Translations under genes and position numbers: made by a program | Notes under the pieces: model-generated | The model's database searches: none | What the model was told of the DNA's origin: nothing | Seen by the model: the letters and a program-made list of their open reading frames with translations, nothing else | In this document: piece by piece, positions 1 to 13,788 of the stretch | Layout of the letters: every line of letters starts with the position of its first letter | Position numbering within the stretch: position 1 is the first letter of the stretch | DNA from: Lama guanicoe | Lineage: Eukaryota | Length of the DNA: 64,000 bases | Reading direction: 5' to 3' | Assembly (NCBI GenBank): GCA_013239625.1 | Contig: MU054323.1 | Span: 15,876,029 to 15,940,028, forward strand

Positions 1-984
1 TGTTGCCCGATCAGTTTTCACTTAGAGGGAACTTCAATCATCCCTCTCCCGGACTCAAGCTTTCTGCTTCTTTCACATTCTGGGTAGTTGACACCTTGTC
101 TGAAACACTGCTCTGCTGAAATCCCTTTCCCTTTGTAGTTAATCTTGCAGTAAATCCTGTAAAAGTTTCAGATATCCAAGGCTCTGTTATTTCGATCTCG
201 GTTTTTCCTTATTCTAGAGCAGTTTACACTCATTTCAACAAACATTTGATTGTAAGTTCTGTCACTAGGGATATAGGAATAAATGATACCGTTCTCTTTA
301 TCAAAGGGAGACTGGAAAATATACAGTCTTACAGTGCCTTAAAGTAACACTGCCTGAAAGAACAAAGTCCCTTTCTGCTCCCCAGATCTATCTTAGGTAT
401 CTAGGCACTTCTGCCTTTTCTTTTGTCCTGTTCCCAGTTTCTTCCGCAGTTCACTTGCAAACTGGGAGTAGTATTAGCCTACTACTATTAGGCTATTAGT
501 ATTAGGCACACCAAAATCTTTCAGGTGTTTCTAAATGTTATACTTCTCCCAAATCCTTGAAATTCTGTCACTATAAATTCACACTACTGTGATAATGAAA
601 GGAAGGCACCTGAAAAAATTTCACAAATGAAATTAAGCCCTTATTTTGTCTCCATAACAAGTTATTTGTAATTCTTTTGTGGGATGGACTTCTGGGATAT
701 CAGACCTGATGGCCATGAAAAAATGTAAAGATACAGGCTGGTGAGTGACATGTCAGGGAAGGACATCCTGTCCCTGTGACCCCCCACCCCACCTTTCCAT
801 GACTACTATGGAAGGAACAGGAAACACATTGTATCTGCTCTGGTTGCAAATAAAGATGGCTAGCTCTCTTCTCCCAGTTAGTGAATGTTTCTGCTTTGTG
901 AATTCATTCTTTATTGTAATAAAAGTTTGATGCCGGCCTGGCTAAATTCCCTGTGTCATAAATTATTTTGACTGTAAGTGTCCT

Positions 985-1130
985 TTGAGATACTGCCCAA
1001 TCCTTTCATTTTACAACTTAGGAAACTGAAGTCCAAAGAAGTTGAACTTGTTCATAATGAAGCTTTGAATGAGTGGCACAGCCAAAACTAGAAACCAGAA
1101 TTCCTGATTGCTAGTTCATTAATCTTTCCG
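985..1130 (-). mobile_element. MIR SINE fragment
   Basis: cattttacaacttaggaaactgaag resembles the reverse complement of the MIR core. Confidence 0.7.
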
Positions 1131-1169
1131 TTAACAGGTTGCCTCCACTCTTAACTTACTGAAGGAAGA

Positions 1170-1608
1170 GAAATCACTCTCAAAGAGATAATCTGCATTC
1201 CCATGTTCATTGCAATATTATTTACAATAGCCAAGACATGGAAACAACCTAAGTGTCCCTCAATGGATTAATAGATAAAGAAGATGTGGTGTGTGTGTGT
1301 GTGTGTGTGTGTGTATGTCTGTGTGTATATATATATATATATATATGTATTATTCAGCCATAAAAAATGAAATCTTGCCATTTGCAACAACACAGTTGGA
1401 ACTCGAGGGCATTATACTAAGTGAAATAAATCAAATACCATATGATCTCTCATATATATATATATATATATATCACACACATATACACAAACACACAAAC
1501 AAAAAAAACCCAAGCTCATAGGTACAGAGAACAAATTGGTGGTTGCCAGAGGTGGAGGGTGGGAAAAATGGATAAATGGGGTCAAAAGGTAAAAAAAAGA
1601 AAAAAAAA
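1170..1608 (+). mobile_element. L1 3' fragment with internal (TG)n/(TA)n microsatellites and A-tail
   Basis: atagccaagacatggaaacaacctaagtgtcc, tattcagccataaaaaatgaaatcttgccatttgcaacaaca, ggttgccagagg. Confidence 0.9.
1289..1345. repeat. Compound (TG)n(TA)n microsatellite
   Basis: Seen directly; a second (TA)n run lies near 1452-1473. Confidence 0.95.
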
Positions 1609-2384
1609 TTAAATGTGTAGATAACTTGGACTACCACAGATATACAACAGCACTGCTTTAATTCCTAGTTTCACTTTATTATTACCTTTTTGCCTTTCAA
1701 GGACTTAGAAACACTCAAAATAGTATTTATGATCTATACAGTTACAAAATCTTCACTCAATACACCAAACTATTAACAGTGGTTATATTAAGGTGGAATT
1801 CTGAAGAAATTTACTTTTCTCTTTGTCCAAAAATTTACACATCTGGTAGTATTTCTTTTGTAATTTAATAAAAATCAACAAGATTTTTAAAATAAGACCT
1901 TCCCTTAGAGTTCTTTTGCCCTACATTGCTTTAAAATGATAAGGCCCATGAATCCTGTCATTTCCTCCTACACTGAATTAGCTTCTTAAAATGTTTTTGA
2001 GTAGTGAGCTTAACAGTAATTTTTTTTCCCTCTGTGTTTGTCTGTGTTTCACATTCTCTGTGTTCAGCATGAATTACTTTTTTTTTAAGTAAACATTTCA
2101 GCGCATATAACATACATACAGAAAAGCTCACAAGTGCTAAGCAAACAACATCTCAAGGAACTTTGACAAACTGAACCCTTGGATGTAACCACCACCCAGA
2201 TCATGAAACTAAACATGGCAGGCATCCCAGGGTCCCCTCTTGATGTGCATTTTCAGAAACAACAGCAAAAAATGTTTTTGAATTTGGAAAAAAAAATCCT
2301 GAAAACATTTAATAATTAAACAGACATTTAAAATAAGTTAAACCTAAATCTTCTCCTCACTTTACAATTTTCCAAATCTGGAAA

Positions 2385-2555
2385 TCTTGGACAAATAGTT
2401 TAACTTACTTTAGCTGCAATCCTCTCATTTTAAATATGAGAGTCGTATTTACCTTATAAAGTTACTGTGAGGATTAAATGAGAGAAGAAATGTAAATCCC
2501 CCAGCACAGTGCCTGATGTATAACATATATACTGGATAATGATAGCTTTTATTGT
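2385..2555 (+). mobile_element. MIR SINE
   Basis: gttactgtgaggattaaatgag...cccagcacagtgcctga matches the MIR 3' half. Confidence 0.75.
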
Positions 2556-5254
2556 ATTAGAGAATTCACAAGACTAATTGAAATAACACCATGTGAAAAA
2601 TCATAACTACCTGAGGCTCAATAATTGCTCTTTTTCCTTTCTCATATCCTATTCAGAATTTTAATTCAGCAGAGTTAATCTTTAATAAAAGGAAATGTCT
2701 TTGCTTAACCATTAAGCCTCAGACCTCAAGGTGTTGCTGATTGTTTCCTAATCATTTCATTTTAAATTAATAAAGCCTGTGACACACAAAATAGGATTTC
2801 TTTTCCAAGCATGGAGAACAGCTGTCAAAATATTGATTTATATATCAAAATAACCAGTTTAAAGTGAGAAATCTTGCAATTAAAAGCTTATTTAGATAAT
2901 TGGACTGTTTGCTTTCTTTTGGCTTATATATGTGTAATTTGTGGGAGGGGATTATGGCTCCCCAAAACGACAATTTATCTGATTTTTTTTGTATTTTTTG
3001 CTAAAATGAGTGGCTTTTAAAAACCTCTCCAAAATGCCCAGTTATTTGTGTCATTATCTGACTCTACCTGTCAAAGAAAAGGCTTCAAATTGACCTTGAT
3101 GGCTCTTTCTGAATTCTGACCAGAAAAAAAAAAAAAAGGTGGACCACTTGACTGTACAGAGAGCTCTGTTAGGATGAAGAGAACTCTGGGGAAGAGGGAT
3201 GTGTAATGGGCCACTGTTTATCAGCTTCTACCATCTGCCTGCTCCCTAATTCCTCTCACTTCTTTCTGCCTGCCCTGGTTAACGGGGCGAGTCCCTGCTT
3301 TACCTTTCCTGAGCCTCCAAATTTACTCCCTAGATTTGAAGTCTAGTGATAACAGGGTTGAGGAAACATCCAATCACAGGCTGGGAAGTGAAGGAATTCA
3401 ATGATCTGAAATTCTTCTTGGAGTCCAAGTGTTAAATCTGCACCACAGTCTTCCGGTAGGATGGGGAAATAGCTTCTAATATTTACGAATGTTATTATTA
3501 CTATTATTTTCTTTTGGTTGAAAATTAAAGTTACCTAATTTCAAGTTCAAAATTAAAATTCATTTTATCTAATTAATTTATCTTAATAAATTTAACTATT
3601 AAAAATTTAATTTTGAAGTTAAAATTGAATTTTAGTTTGGTAGTGGCTGATATTTAGAGAAATAAATACTTAAAAATCTAAAATCAGGATTGCTTTAACA
3701 AATCTAAATATCTAACATGGGGGACAGTAAAATGATAATATAGCTCTTAGGCTGTAGCAACACTTTTCCTGGAATATTGATGGTGACCAACTTTCTATTT
3801 TATTTCTCAAACCAAGGGTAAACTGGTTTTTTAACTCATCCAAATCCTTTCTCCCCATCAACTCCATTTCTTGCTTATCTACCCTTTTCTCTTTTAAATT
3901 TTCCAGTGAATGAAAGCTCTATTTTACAGATTTTTTTCTACTTTAAAAAAAAAAACAAAAAAACCACGGTGCCCCCATTTCTAAGGCAGGAACTGAGTTT
4001 CAAACAATGTAATCTTCATTACATAAAAATAACTGTGGGGGGTGGGTAGAGAACATTTCTGTAAACTGGCTATCCTGCCAACTATGCAACAGAGACTATT
4101 CCTTTCCTGGGTGGAGCTTTTTCTCAGCAGAAACACCCAATCTTCATTTAGACTAGAATTGCTCAGGACAGGACCTCCCACTCCAAACTCCAACCTGATA
4201 GTCCTTTAACATAAATTAAGTCAGTTCTCGAAAGGATTCAAATATGGTATGTTATTTTCTTATAAACATGATGGGAGGACAAATCTCGGCATTGTGCTGG
4301 AAAACTAAGAAAAATGAGGTCCAGGACCTTTTTGTTTTAATTTTTGAAATCCATGTATCCTTAAGTTCTTTCAAACAAGTCTTAACTTATTCTGCATGTA
4401 CTGCATCTCTCTCCCTCTACCCTGCAGGCCCTCAACATGCTTCTGCTGTTCAATATGTGTTAATTTTAGCACTTGCAGTTGTTCTCTGTGATGGAAAATT
4501 CTACCATTATCTGTGTTATCTCCTGGCCCAGATTTCCCCCCAGCTGCAGGACATGAAGTAACAAGAGTAGGAGTGGTTTGAACCAGCTAATAGACACTTT
4601 CACACAAACTCATAGAACTCGTAACATGTAACATTACAACAGATGAGCTGATTGTATTCCAGCTTAAAGAGATAATCCATACATTTTCATTGTAGGAGAG
4701 AAAGATACTTTAAATAATAGTTTTTAGTATATGGCAATAAGCAAATTAATGCTGTACCATTTTTATGAGAATGTAACCAGTTTAAAACATGAAGGAAGAG
4801 TATAAACTAATTAGAAGGTGGGATGGAGCTTTTGAGCAAAATCCAAACACTTGAGGAAGGAAAGTTCTTAGTACATTTGAGATGTTGAAAGAAGCCCAAA
4901 ATAGCCAACATGTAAGCAATAAGAGAAAAGTAGTAACAACTGTTATTTTTATAGCTGGTACTTTTTGAGTATTTACTCAATAAAAATAATGCATTACATA
5001 TGCATTGACTTGATCCTTATGTCGTGAGTATTAAGACTATCTTCATTTGACGTGTAGGGATACTGCATATGGCTATAGGATGAGATGAAATAAAATGAGG
5101 AGGTGAAGTAGGCAGGGGCTCGAGGACACTTTATGGAATTGATCTTTATGGTAAGGTAACCAAATGAAGCATTTTCAGCAAAGTAGCAGATTTGAATTTA
5201 TAAAGATAATTTCAGTTTCTGCGTGGGAAATATAGTATTAGCTGCATTTCTAAA

Positions 5255-5480
5255 TCATTTTCTAAGGGTCAGGCACTATGTTAAGGCCCTTTGCAAGTAT
5301 TAACTCTTTTAACCCACAGCTACTCTATAAGATAGGTATTAGTACTTTCATTTTACAACTGTGGAAATTGAAGCACAGTGAGGACAAGTGACTTGCTTAA
5401 AGTTACCATAGCTTGTACGTGAGAGCCAGATTCCAACCCAAGCAGACTGACCCTACAATCCACATCAAACACTTTGCTGT
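5255..5480 (-). mobile_element. MIR SINE
   Basis: cattttacaactgtggaaattgaagcacag...gattccaacccaagcagactgac. Confidence 0.8.
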
Positions 5481-5879
5481 ACAGCCATCAAATGTGGTGA
5501 TCTGGATACGGATGGTAATAATGGCAATAAAGACACATGGGGGATTTAGGAGACTTGGTGATGAACTAAGCATAGTGAAGGAGAAAGTGGGAAATGTCAG
5601 GGGTGATACCAAAATTTATGAATACCTTACTCAATGGGATAAAATAGTTGCGCTGTTCACTGGGAGATCATGAGTTGAAAAGCAGATTTTAGATAAGGAG
5701 GTGAAGACTTCAATTTTAACTTGAGTTTTGAGGAGTTTCTGAGACAACAAATGGTAGGTAGTCACATATGCAACTCTGGAGAGCAGAAGGGAGGCTGGGC
5801 TCCAGACAACCCTACAAAGGAATCCCTGCCTGTTACTCTCTGTCACACCATCCTTCATACTATTCCTTCCTACCTATCG

Positions 5880-6020
5880 CAACCTGGGATTATGTTATTT
5901 CTCCCCCTGGGCAGAATATAAATGAATCTTGGTAGATTCTTTGCTTGACTATTGTTCATTATTGTATTCCTAATGCCTGGCACACAGTAGGTGTCCCATA
6001 AATATCCAATGAATGAGTAA
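5880..6020 (+). mobile_element. L2 3' end
   Basis: tgcctggcacacagtaggtgtcccataaatatccaatgaatgag. Confidence 0.7.
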
Positions 6021-7720
6021 GAGACAGCAGTACAGAATCTTCTCACAAAATCTTTGACAAACAGGAATGCAAGTCCTCCTTGGGCATGTCCAGCGTCAAG
6101 GAATGCACTATCATAGGGCCTACATTTTTCAGTAGGTCTCTTAGAAAATTCTTTTAAGTTCTATTGCCAACCACTCATTTGAAACATTGACCTATTGGTG
6201 AGGGCCACTATCTGATCCTCCTACCTGATGGTAAATGATCATGTTGCCCTTTTCAACTCTCAGTTCCTCTGATCACTTATGCTTGGATACACACCTGTCT
6301 GTCATTGCCCTTGACACGTGGTATCTGAAAGTGACCCTCCATCCCCCTCAGCTGGCCTCCCCTCCACATGCAACACTGAGGGCCCACAAGGTGTAGAGTA
6401 GGACTGTCAACTTCCTTGTTTTAACAAGTGTATTTTTACTAAAAACAGCCCAACTTCATTGTCTTTCTTACTAGTTTCATAATGATTTACAGTTAACTAA
6501 GATGCCATCTTAAAAAATGTCTAGGCATATCAAAATATTTGGGGAGATTTTAGGGCACTCCAAAGCATTTTCTTGGAATTTAGTAAACAATGACCCAGTT
6601 TCATTTTCACGTCTGTTATTTCAAAAAGCATCACTTTCTAAGAGTCAGTAATGTGTATCAAAATTCAAACCTCTCATATTTTTATAACCCCTTTAAGAAA
6701 TCTATCCCAAGGAGATAATCTACAAAGTCTCATTTTAAAAAAGTCAAACACAGCATTACTTATTTTAATATAAAACTAGAGACCAAGTACCACAGCATAA
6801 TGTTACATGTTATTAAGTAGCCATCCAAAAATGATAGTTACTAAATATATACCATATTAGAGTAATTCTATGGAAAAATGCTTTTAAGTGTATACAACAT
6901 CCTACCTGCAGGATGATTACAAATGTGGAAGGAAATAGACTAAAATATCAACAGTAATTTGGTCTATGTCATGAAATGTGGTAATTTCTCCCCAAAATTT
7001 AATGAATGCAAATTTTATAATTAAAATTGACTAATTTATAATAATGTATAAAATTGACTTTCATTTTGCCTTTGACTCTTATTTTCATTAGACAAGATTA
7101 AAGCCCTTTTCTGTTTCACAACTGAAACAAAAGAGGCATTTTCTTGTATACCTGGAAATATGCTGGAAAGGAAGAGATTTAAAGAAAAGATGAATAATCA
7201 AAGTTAAAAGTTGCAAAAGACAAACCAGTTCATTTACATCTTCATGGACTCTTCAGACTCACATTGAAAGTCCAGGGGAAAAGGGCAAACAGAAGTATAT
7301 ACGTCTGAGAAAAAGTGCCTGAAATGGAAACCCCTGCATTCTAATGGCAAAAAAGAGACAGAATTGTGGATAGGGCCCAAGGCTGTGAATAAATTCTGCT
7401 AAAAAAAAAAAAAAAGAAACAAAGCTGTAATTGGTCACTTGTGCATGCATGGTTTCCAATATTTTTTTAGTGACAGCACCAAAAACTTAGCTTAAGATAC
7501 TTTTTCTAAATTATGACATGAAATTCTTATTTAACTAAAATTATGTGAAGTCCATAAATAATAATTGCATAAGCTTTTAGAGCTAGAAATGGGTTTGTAA
7601 TGATTAAATCAGGTTTACAAAATAATCCACCTGATGGAAACCATTAAGGCAAGAAATTTACTTATAGGTATACTCTAGCCATTTCTGGCATCAACCTAAA
7701 AATTCCACTTAAGAATGAAG

Positions 7721-8255
7721 TATGTTCATAGCGGCACTATTGACAAAAGCCAAGACATGGAAACAACCTAAATGTCCATCAACAGATGACTGAATAAAGA
7801 ATAAAGAAGCTGGAGTACTACTCAGCCATTAAAAATAATAAAATAATACCATTTGCAGCAAAATAGATGGACCTGGAGATTATTATTCTAAGTGAAGTAA
7901 GCTAGAGAAAGAAAAATACCATATGATATCACTTATATGCGGAATCTAAAAAAAAGACAAGCTTATTTACAAAACAGAAATGGACTCAGACATAGAAAAC
8001 AAACTTATGGTTACTAGGAGGGGAAGAAGGTGGGAAAGGATAAATTGGGAGTTCAAGCTTTGTAGATACTAATACATATAAAATAAACAAGTTTATACTG
8101 TATAGCACAGGGAACTATATTCAATATCTTGCAGTAACTTATGGTGAAAAATATGAAAATGAATATATGTATGACTGAATTGTGCTATACACCAGAAATT
8201 GACATTGTAAACTTACCATACATCAATAAAAATATATATAAACAAACAAACAAAA
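7721..8255 (+). mobile_element. 5'-truncated lineage-specific L1 with 10-bp target-site duplication (TSD) aagaatgaag
   Basis: L1 3' motifs; tail tatactgtatagcacagggaactatattcaatatc; TSD at 7711-7720 and 8256-8265. Confidence 0.9.
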
Positions 8256-8622
8256 AAGAATGAAGAAAATGTGAGGCACAGTAATTCATATCATTAAATA
8301 TGTTTGAAAATTGAGCTACTTATATCCATCAATCAGCATTTTTGAATAGAAAGAAATAATGGATACAAAGTATCCAGTACCATGCCTGGCACCCAACGGA
8401 AATGGCAGCTCCTTTCAATGGTGATAATCTGCAATATTTTAACTGCTGTGTCTGGATTTAATGTATTTCATACTGCCATGCTGTGACAGCAATTTTACAT
8501 ACATGTAAAAATTACTTATCGGAATAAATAATATATCAGTATAAAAGGATCAGCCAAAGATTCACTCATTCTCTTGAGAAAAACAAGCATGATATATACA
8601 TACATATATACCTTTAAAGTAA

Positions 8623-8731
8623 GTTTTTTTTTATTGCTTTTGTTTTGTTTTTTAATGGAGGTACTGGGGACTGAACCCAGGACCCTGTGCATGCTAAGCA
8701 TGGACTCTTAACACTGAGCTATACCCTCTCC
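8623..8731 (-). mobile_element. Vic-1-type tRNA-derived SINE
   Basis: Minus strand reads ggagagggtatagctcagtg...gcttagcatgcacagggtcctgggttcagtccccagtacctcc plus A-rich tail; A and B boxes are visible. Confidence 0.85.
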
Positions 8732-9451
8732 TGACATATGTATTTTTAGATGTGCAAAAGATTATAGAGAGAATACCTAGTAAATTTTGTTCTCATTGTA
8801 TAGATCAGGAAACTGAAGCCCCAAAAGGAGGTTGTCCAAAGTTCTATCCCTACATGGTTGATGGCAGAACTTACTTAGAAGGGACACCTGACTTAAGTGC
8901 TTAGATCTCTCTAATTAAACAGAATTCAAAAGCACAATACTGATTAACAAAAACCTGGAAAGCAAATAGAAGATACTTTATTTCTTTTAATACTAAAGCT
9001 GCTCAGATTAAGCTTCGGAAAGAATCCACTGGCAATCGATGCTTCTTCCTCTTTTAGCTTCATGATACATGTTCATAATCAAATAAATATGATTATGCAG
9101 GTTGAGAAAAATCTCATAGGTTGGGCCGTGAAACAAATTAATAAATATAATTCTTCAAGTAGATCTTCCTTTTACAGATATCATAGAAAACTAGAAGTTA
9201 AGTTGTCAGTGGCTCAAAAGAGTTCAGAGAAACTATAAAGATGCACTGGGGAGGGGAAAGGGAGAAAGAGACAGAGAGAGAGAAGGAGTTAAAAAGAGAG
9301 AATCATTACTAATGTGTGATGTAATCTATCCTGAAGTAGGAAATGATGGGAAAAGCTTGGGAGGTACCAAGAACAGGGAAAAATAGCCAAGGCAGAAATA
9401 AATATACTTTATAAATAGATGAGTGAAAAGGGGTTATGAAACAAGGAGATT

Positions 9452-10055
9452 GAAAACCAGTCTGACGGTTCGGTTCCTTAAAAAGTTGAACACAGAGTTC
9501 TCATCCAGCCAGCAATTCCACTCCTAGGCATTTACCCAAGATAAAATGAAAACATAGGGCGACACAAACACTTGTACACAACTGTTTACAGCAGCATTAT
9601 CTGAACCAGGCGAAAGGTGAAACAACCAGAATGCCATCAATTAATGAACGGATAAACAAAATAGAATATACATACATACAATGGAATAGTATTCAGCTAT
9701 TAAAAGGGATGTAGTACTGATGTATGCTACCACATGGATGAACCCTAAAAATGTTAAATCAAGAAGCCAGTCACAAAAGACCACATATTTTATAATTTCA
9801 TTTATATGAAATGTTCTTAATAGGAGAATCGATAGAGACAGAAAGTAGATTTGCAGCAGTACAAGGCTGGGGGTAAGCAGAGAGATTGTGGGGCGATAGC
9901 TAAAGGGTACTGGGTTTCTTTTGGGGGTAACGAAAATGTTTAAAATTGATTGTGGTAATGATTGTACTACTCTGTGAACATACGAAAAACCACTGAATTA
10001 TACATTTTAAATGGGTGAATTGCATGGTATGTGAATTATGTCTCAATAAAAGTGT
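9452..10055 (+). mobile_element. L1MB-like 3' fragment
   Basis: ccagcaattccactcctaggcatttacccaag...tacattttaaatgggtgaattgcatggtatgtgaattatgtctcaataaa. Confidence 0.85.
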
Positions 10056-10469
10056 TACAAAAAAACCTCTAAAAAACAGGGGGAATAACTTTGGAAAAGC
10101 AAGTGTAAAATAAAAAAATTTTTAAAACCTCCAAGCAACCCTGCAAAAATAAAAGTCAGTAAGAAAATAGGTGAGAGAAAGCACCTACCTGAGGTTCTAA
10201 AGACTAAATGAGGAAGGACTCACGAGCTGCCAATTGGCGAGGGGAAGAGAGAGAATAAGTAGAAGGAGGCAGATAATGAACAGGTATGTAATTTAGAATG
10301 TTCAGAACAGTGACTGGCTTTTGAAAATACAGTCTATGTAACACAGTCTGGTACAACTTGGTGTTTAAAATGTGCTAAACATGGGGCAAACATTCATTTC
10401 ATCAATTATCTTTTTGACGTGGTAAAATTCCCATTGCATGAGAGACTGGCATAACTATAATTATGACTA

Positions 10470-10548
10470 ATTCATTTTTGTATGCCCTGCAGCATCTAGC
10501 CTGATGCCTTATACACGGGAGGCACTCAATAAATATTTGATGAATGAA
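10470..10548 (+). mobile_element. L2 3' end
   Basis: gaggcactcaataaatatttgatgaatgaa. Confidence 0.7.
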
Positions 10549-10639
10549 ACTAAGCATCATAGCCAGAACACTCAAGGCTCTCTGTAATTACAAAGCATAA
10601 CCAAGGCCAAATTTTAGCCATTAAAAAGAAGCAAAGTAT

Positions 10640-11250
10640 TATTCCACATTTGAAACATTTTAATGGATCTTTAAATGAGAGTTTTAATTCAATTAACTAA
10701 AATACACACAAGCATAATTTAGTAATCTAATATGAAAGTAAAAAGTTCTATCAGAAAGGTAAGGACAGTCTGAGAAATGCTAAGAAAATGTGACTTTATT
10801 CTTAATATATATACACCATGAAACAGATACTTTCCATTATTCTAAATACCTCAAAATTCAAATTCTGCTTGCTTTTCAATTAATTTTTTTCATAACAGGT
10901 ACTGGATATTTCCCTATTTTTTCCCTGACAATATCAATAAGCCACCCAGCTACATGATACAATTTTTTCTGCATTTAATTTAAAAGACTATGGCTCAGTG
11001 TTTAAAAAATAAATTAATGAATAAAAGAGAAACATTATCAGGAAAAAATAAAAGCACATTCACCACATGATTAAAAAAAATCATTCCTTCAAAATCAGAA
11101 ACCAGTGTGAGCATTATTTCACTAAACCTACTCAGAGGCATGTAATTCCTATATACAAATAAAGTAGAACCTACAGACTGGAATGATACTGTGGCTATCA
11201 CTAATTAGGTGCTAGTTGACAATATAAACAAAAATGAATGCAATAGCAAA
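10640..11250 (-). other. HEATR5B: HEATR5B 3' UTR (end approximate)
   Basis: Repeat-free AU-rich sequence after the stop codon, containing poly(A) hexamers. Confidence 0.65.
10659..10800 (-). terminator. Polyadenylation signals: AATAAA 10795-10800; ATTAAA 10683-10688 and 10659-10664
   Basis: Plus-strand tttatt/tttaat; a U-rich downstream element follows the last hexamer on the minus strand. Confidence 0.55.
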
Positions 11251-11555
11251 TTAAAAAAAACTTGTTTTTAGCTTAATTGTTGGTGCAGAATGCACGGTAG
11301 GGGCTGGCTGCCTGGCAGCTGCTTTAGCTTTGCTAGCCTGGCTTGCCCTAACAGCAGTTTCCAAACGTACTTTCAACTCAGGAGCCGCTCCCATTACTGT
11401 CTTGAAAGCGTGTGGATACAGAGGTCCAATATGCATTAAATTCTGGAGTGCAAACTCATGAAGATCTTTGGAAACTGTGCTTGCTGAGGCAAAAGAATTT
11501 TCATCCAGCAGGTAGGAGATCAAAGTGGGAACTAAAAGAGCAAGTAATTGGACTC
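11251..11555 (-). CDS. HEATR5B: HEATR5B terminal coding exon (305 coding nt including TAA)
   Basis: tttccag|GA GTC CAA...[34 protein letters not shown]...[11 protein letters not shown]. Confidence 0.95.
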
Positions 11556-13788
11556 CTGGAAATGACAAAGGTAAAAGTCTGAAGATGATCATGAATCTGA
11601 AAATTACAATAAACTTTTATTTTAAAAGTAGGCAATTACCACGGTAGTCTAAATTATAATAAAGTACAAGTAAACATGCACAGTCTATTTTAGACCTCAA
11701 TAATTACTCATAATTAATACTGAATATTTCCAAATACCCAAGCCATGTTAGGGTAGGAAACCAGGTTTGATTTCCTGTTAAGATTGTATATTTTACACTT
11801 ATATTAATTTGTTTTATATTAAAAAAAATACTGTTAAAAGGTTAAAAAGGAATGAACACCTTACGATTACCATCTGGTAAAATGTATTTTGAGAATAAAA
11901 TTACAAAATTTTTAAGGGTATTCCAGAATAGGGAGGTTGGAATAGGGAACAGAAACCTGAAGCATTCATTAGGATATCATGAAAGGAATGATGACTATAC
12001 GTGACATTAATGTGATGGTGACCATTTACCTTCGGTTTTGCTTGGCATTTAGCCTTAGATTTAGTTTTAATTTTTCTTAAATGCCAATTGCTTTCTCTAC
12101 CTCTTAGAAGTCTTGCTTTAGTACAAAAACATCTGTATCTGAGTGAGGCAGTTCTTTAAAAAAATGAAGAAATCATGATGGTGCTTGTTGTTGATATAAC
12201 TCATTAATACTAAGTACTAAAAATTGGTTGGTTGAAGCATTAAAGCTACACTGCTTTGCTTATTTCATATCTTAAATTAATTGACTCTTAAATGGAAAAT
12301 TAAAGAGTTATTTTATTTCATGAACATTGTTGAAGTCTAACTATTAAACTATTTAATTTCATAAATAATATATATGTATATTCTTGCTGTTAAAAGAATT
12401 CAAATAATAGAGAAGTATTTGAAAAAGCATAAGACTCTCTTCCCTACCTGAATTAGGGCACCTGTTCAGGAATTGATCCCAAGAGTCATTCAGCTCATAC
12501 ATATTTTAAATACTGACTATGCAAAAAGTCAATAAGCTCAGTGCTGGGATTACAGAATAAATAAGATTTAGTCCCCATGTTTATGGAGTTTACAGTGAGT
12601 AAAATAAAAATAAAGATAAAATTATGCTGAGTTACCACACACGGGCCATGATGTCAGTAATAATATTTCTACCCAAAAAATTGGTTAATATCCAATTTCA
12701 ACTAAACTTATCAACTCCTCCCAACCAGCTCTTCTTCCTGACTTTTCCAGTCTTAACACTGCTTTCATCTTTCTTCCAGGTAACATAGTAATATTTGGCT
12801 CTTCTCTTTCTCTTGTCCCTATAAGCAGTTAATCTTCAAGTAAGACCAATCTTTTTTTCATAATCACTTCTGTATTCTCTTTCACTCTGATAGTTCTGGA
12901 TTATTACTTCATAGGGAAGCTATCAGCATTAGTTTCTTAAAAAAAATCTATTACCTTTCCAATCTCTTGTGAAATTTTTTCAAAAAGAGGAAAAAATTTG
13001 ATAGAAAAAATTGATATAAATTTTTATTTGGACAGTAATGAGGTAATATAAAAAGGTGTGCATTCCTTTTGACTCAGAAATTTCACTTAAAGGCATTTAT
13101 CTGATAGAATAAATTAAAAAAGTGTGCAAAGATATCTATATAAGAATACTCATCTCAGTTATTCATGATCTTGAAAAATTGGAAACAGCTTACATTCAAT
13201 CATAAGGTAGTAATTTAAAAAGTACAGTCTTTCTGTAACAATTAAAAGCCTTATTTTTAAAGATAAATTCTGAATTGTGATGAAATCAAGCCTTAGCAGG
13301 GAATAAAGAGGAACAGGTGTTAAGCTACATAAGTGTCTGGTTAAATGGATGTATATTGAAGGTTGTACTTAAATTAAGAAATAATAATTTAAACATTTCA
13401 AATTTTGAGGTATTTTTAATAATGATGTTTGGTATGAATACTCTCTGGTCCTACTTGTTATAAAGTTTTTATACCTCTATTATGAACATCAAAACATATT
13501 ATTTTAAAAAATCTATTAAATTCCACATTTTCCCCAGTTCTTAAAAAGTACATTCCTAGAAAATAAAAAAGATCCATGGGTTGAAATGCCATCAGTAATT
13601 TATTTTAACCTCTTAAAATATAAATATAAATTAACCCTATTTTGTTAACATAAAAACATTAAGCTTTCAGATAGTAACCACCTCTAGTAAACTTCTGTTG
13701 TAATGACCTGTGTCTAACATCGAACAAGATTTATACATAACACAAATCTTCATTTCAGACTAGTGGCCTTTAATAGGAAAATACTTAC

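Noticed and set aside
1..700. Possible start of the neighbouring gene (STRN by remembered synteny)
   Set aside because: No CpG island or recognisable exon; any such promoter lies outside the window.
745..10600. Short ORFs in the intergenic region
   Set aside because: Low-complexity or repeat-derived, with no recognisable homology or splice-consistent chain.
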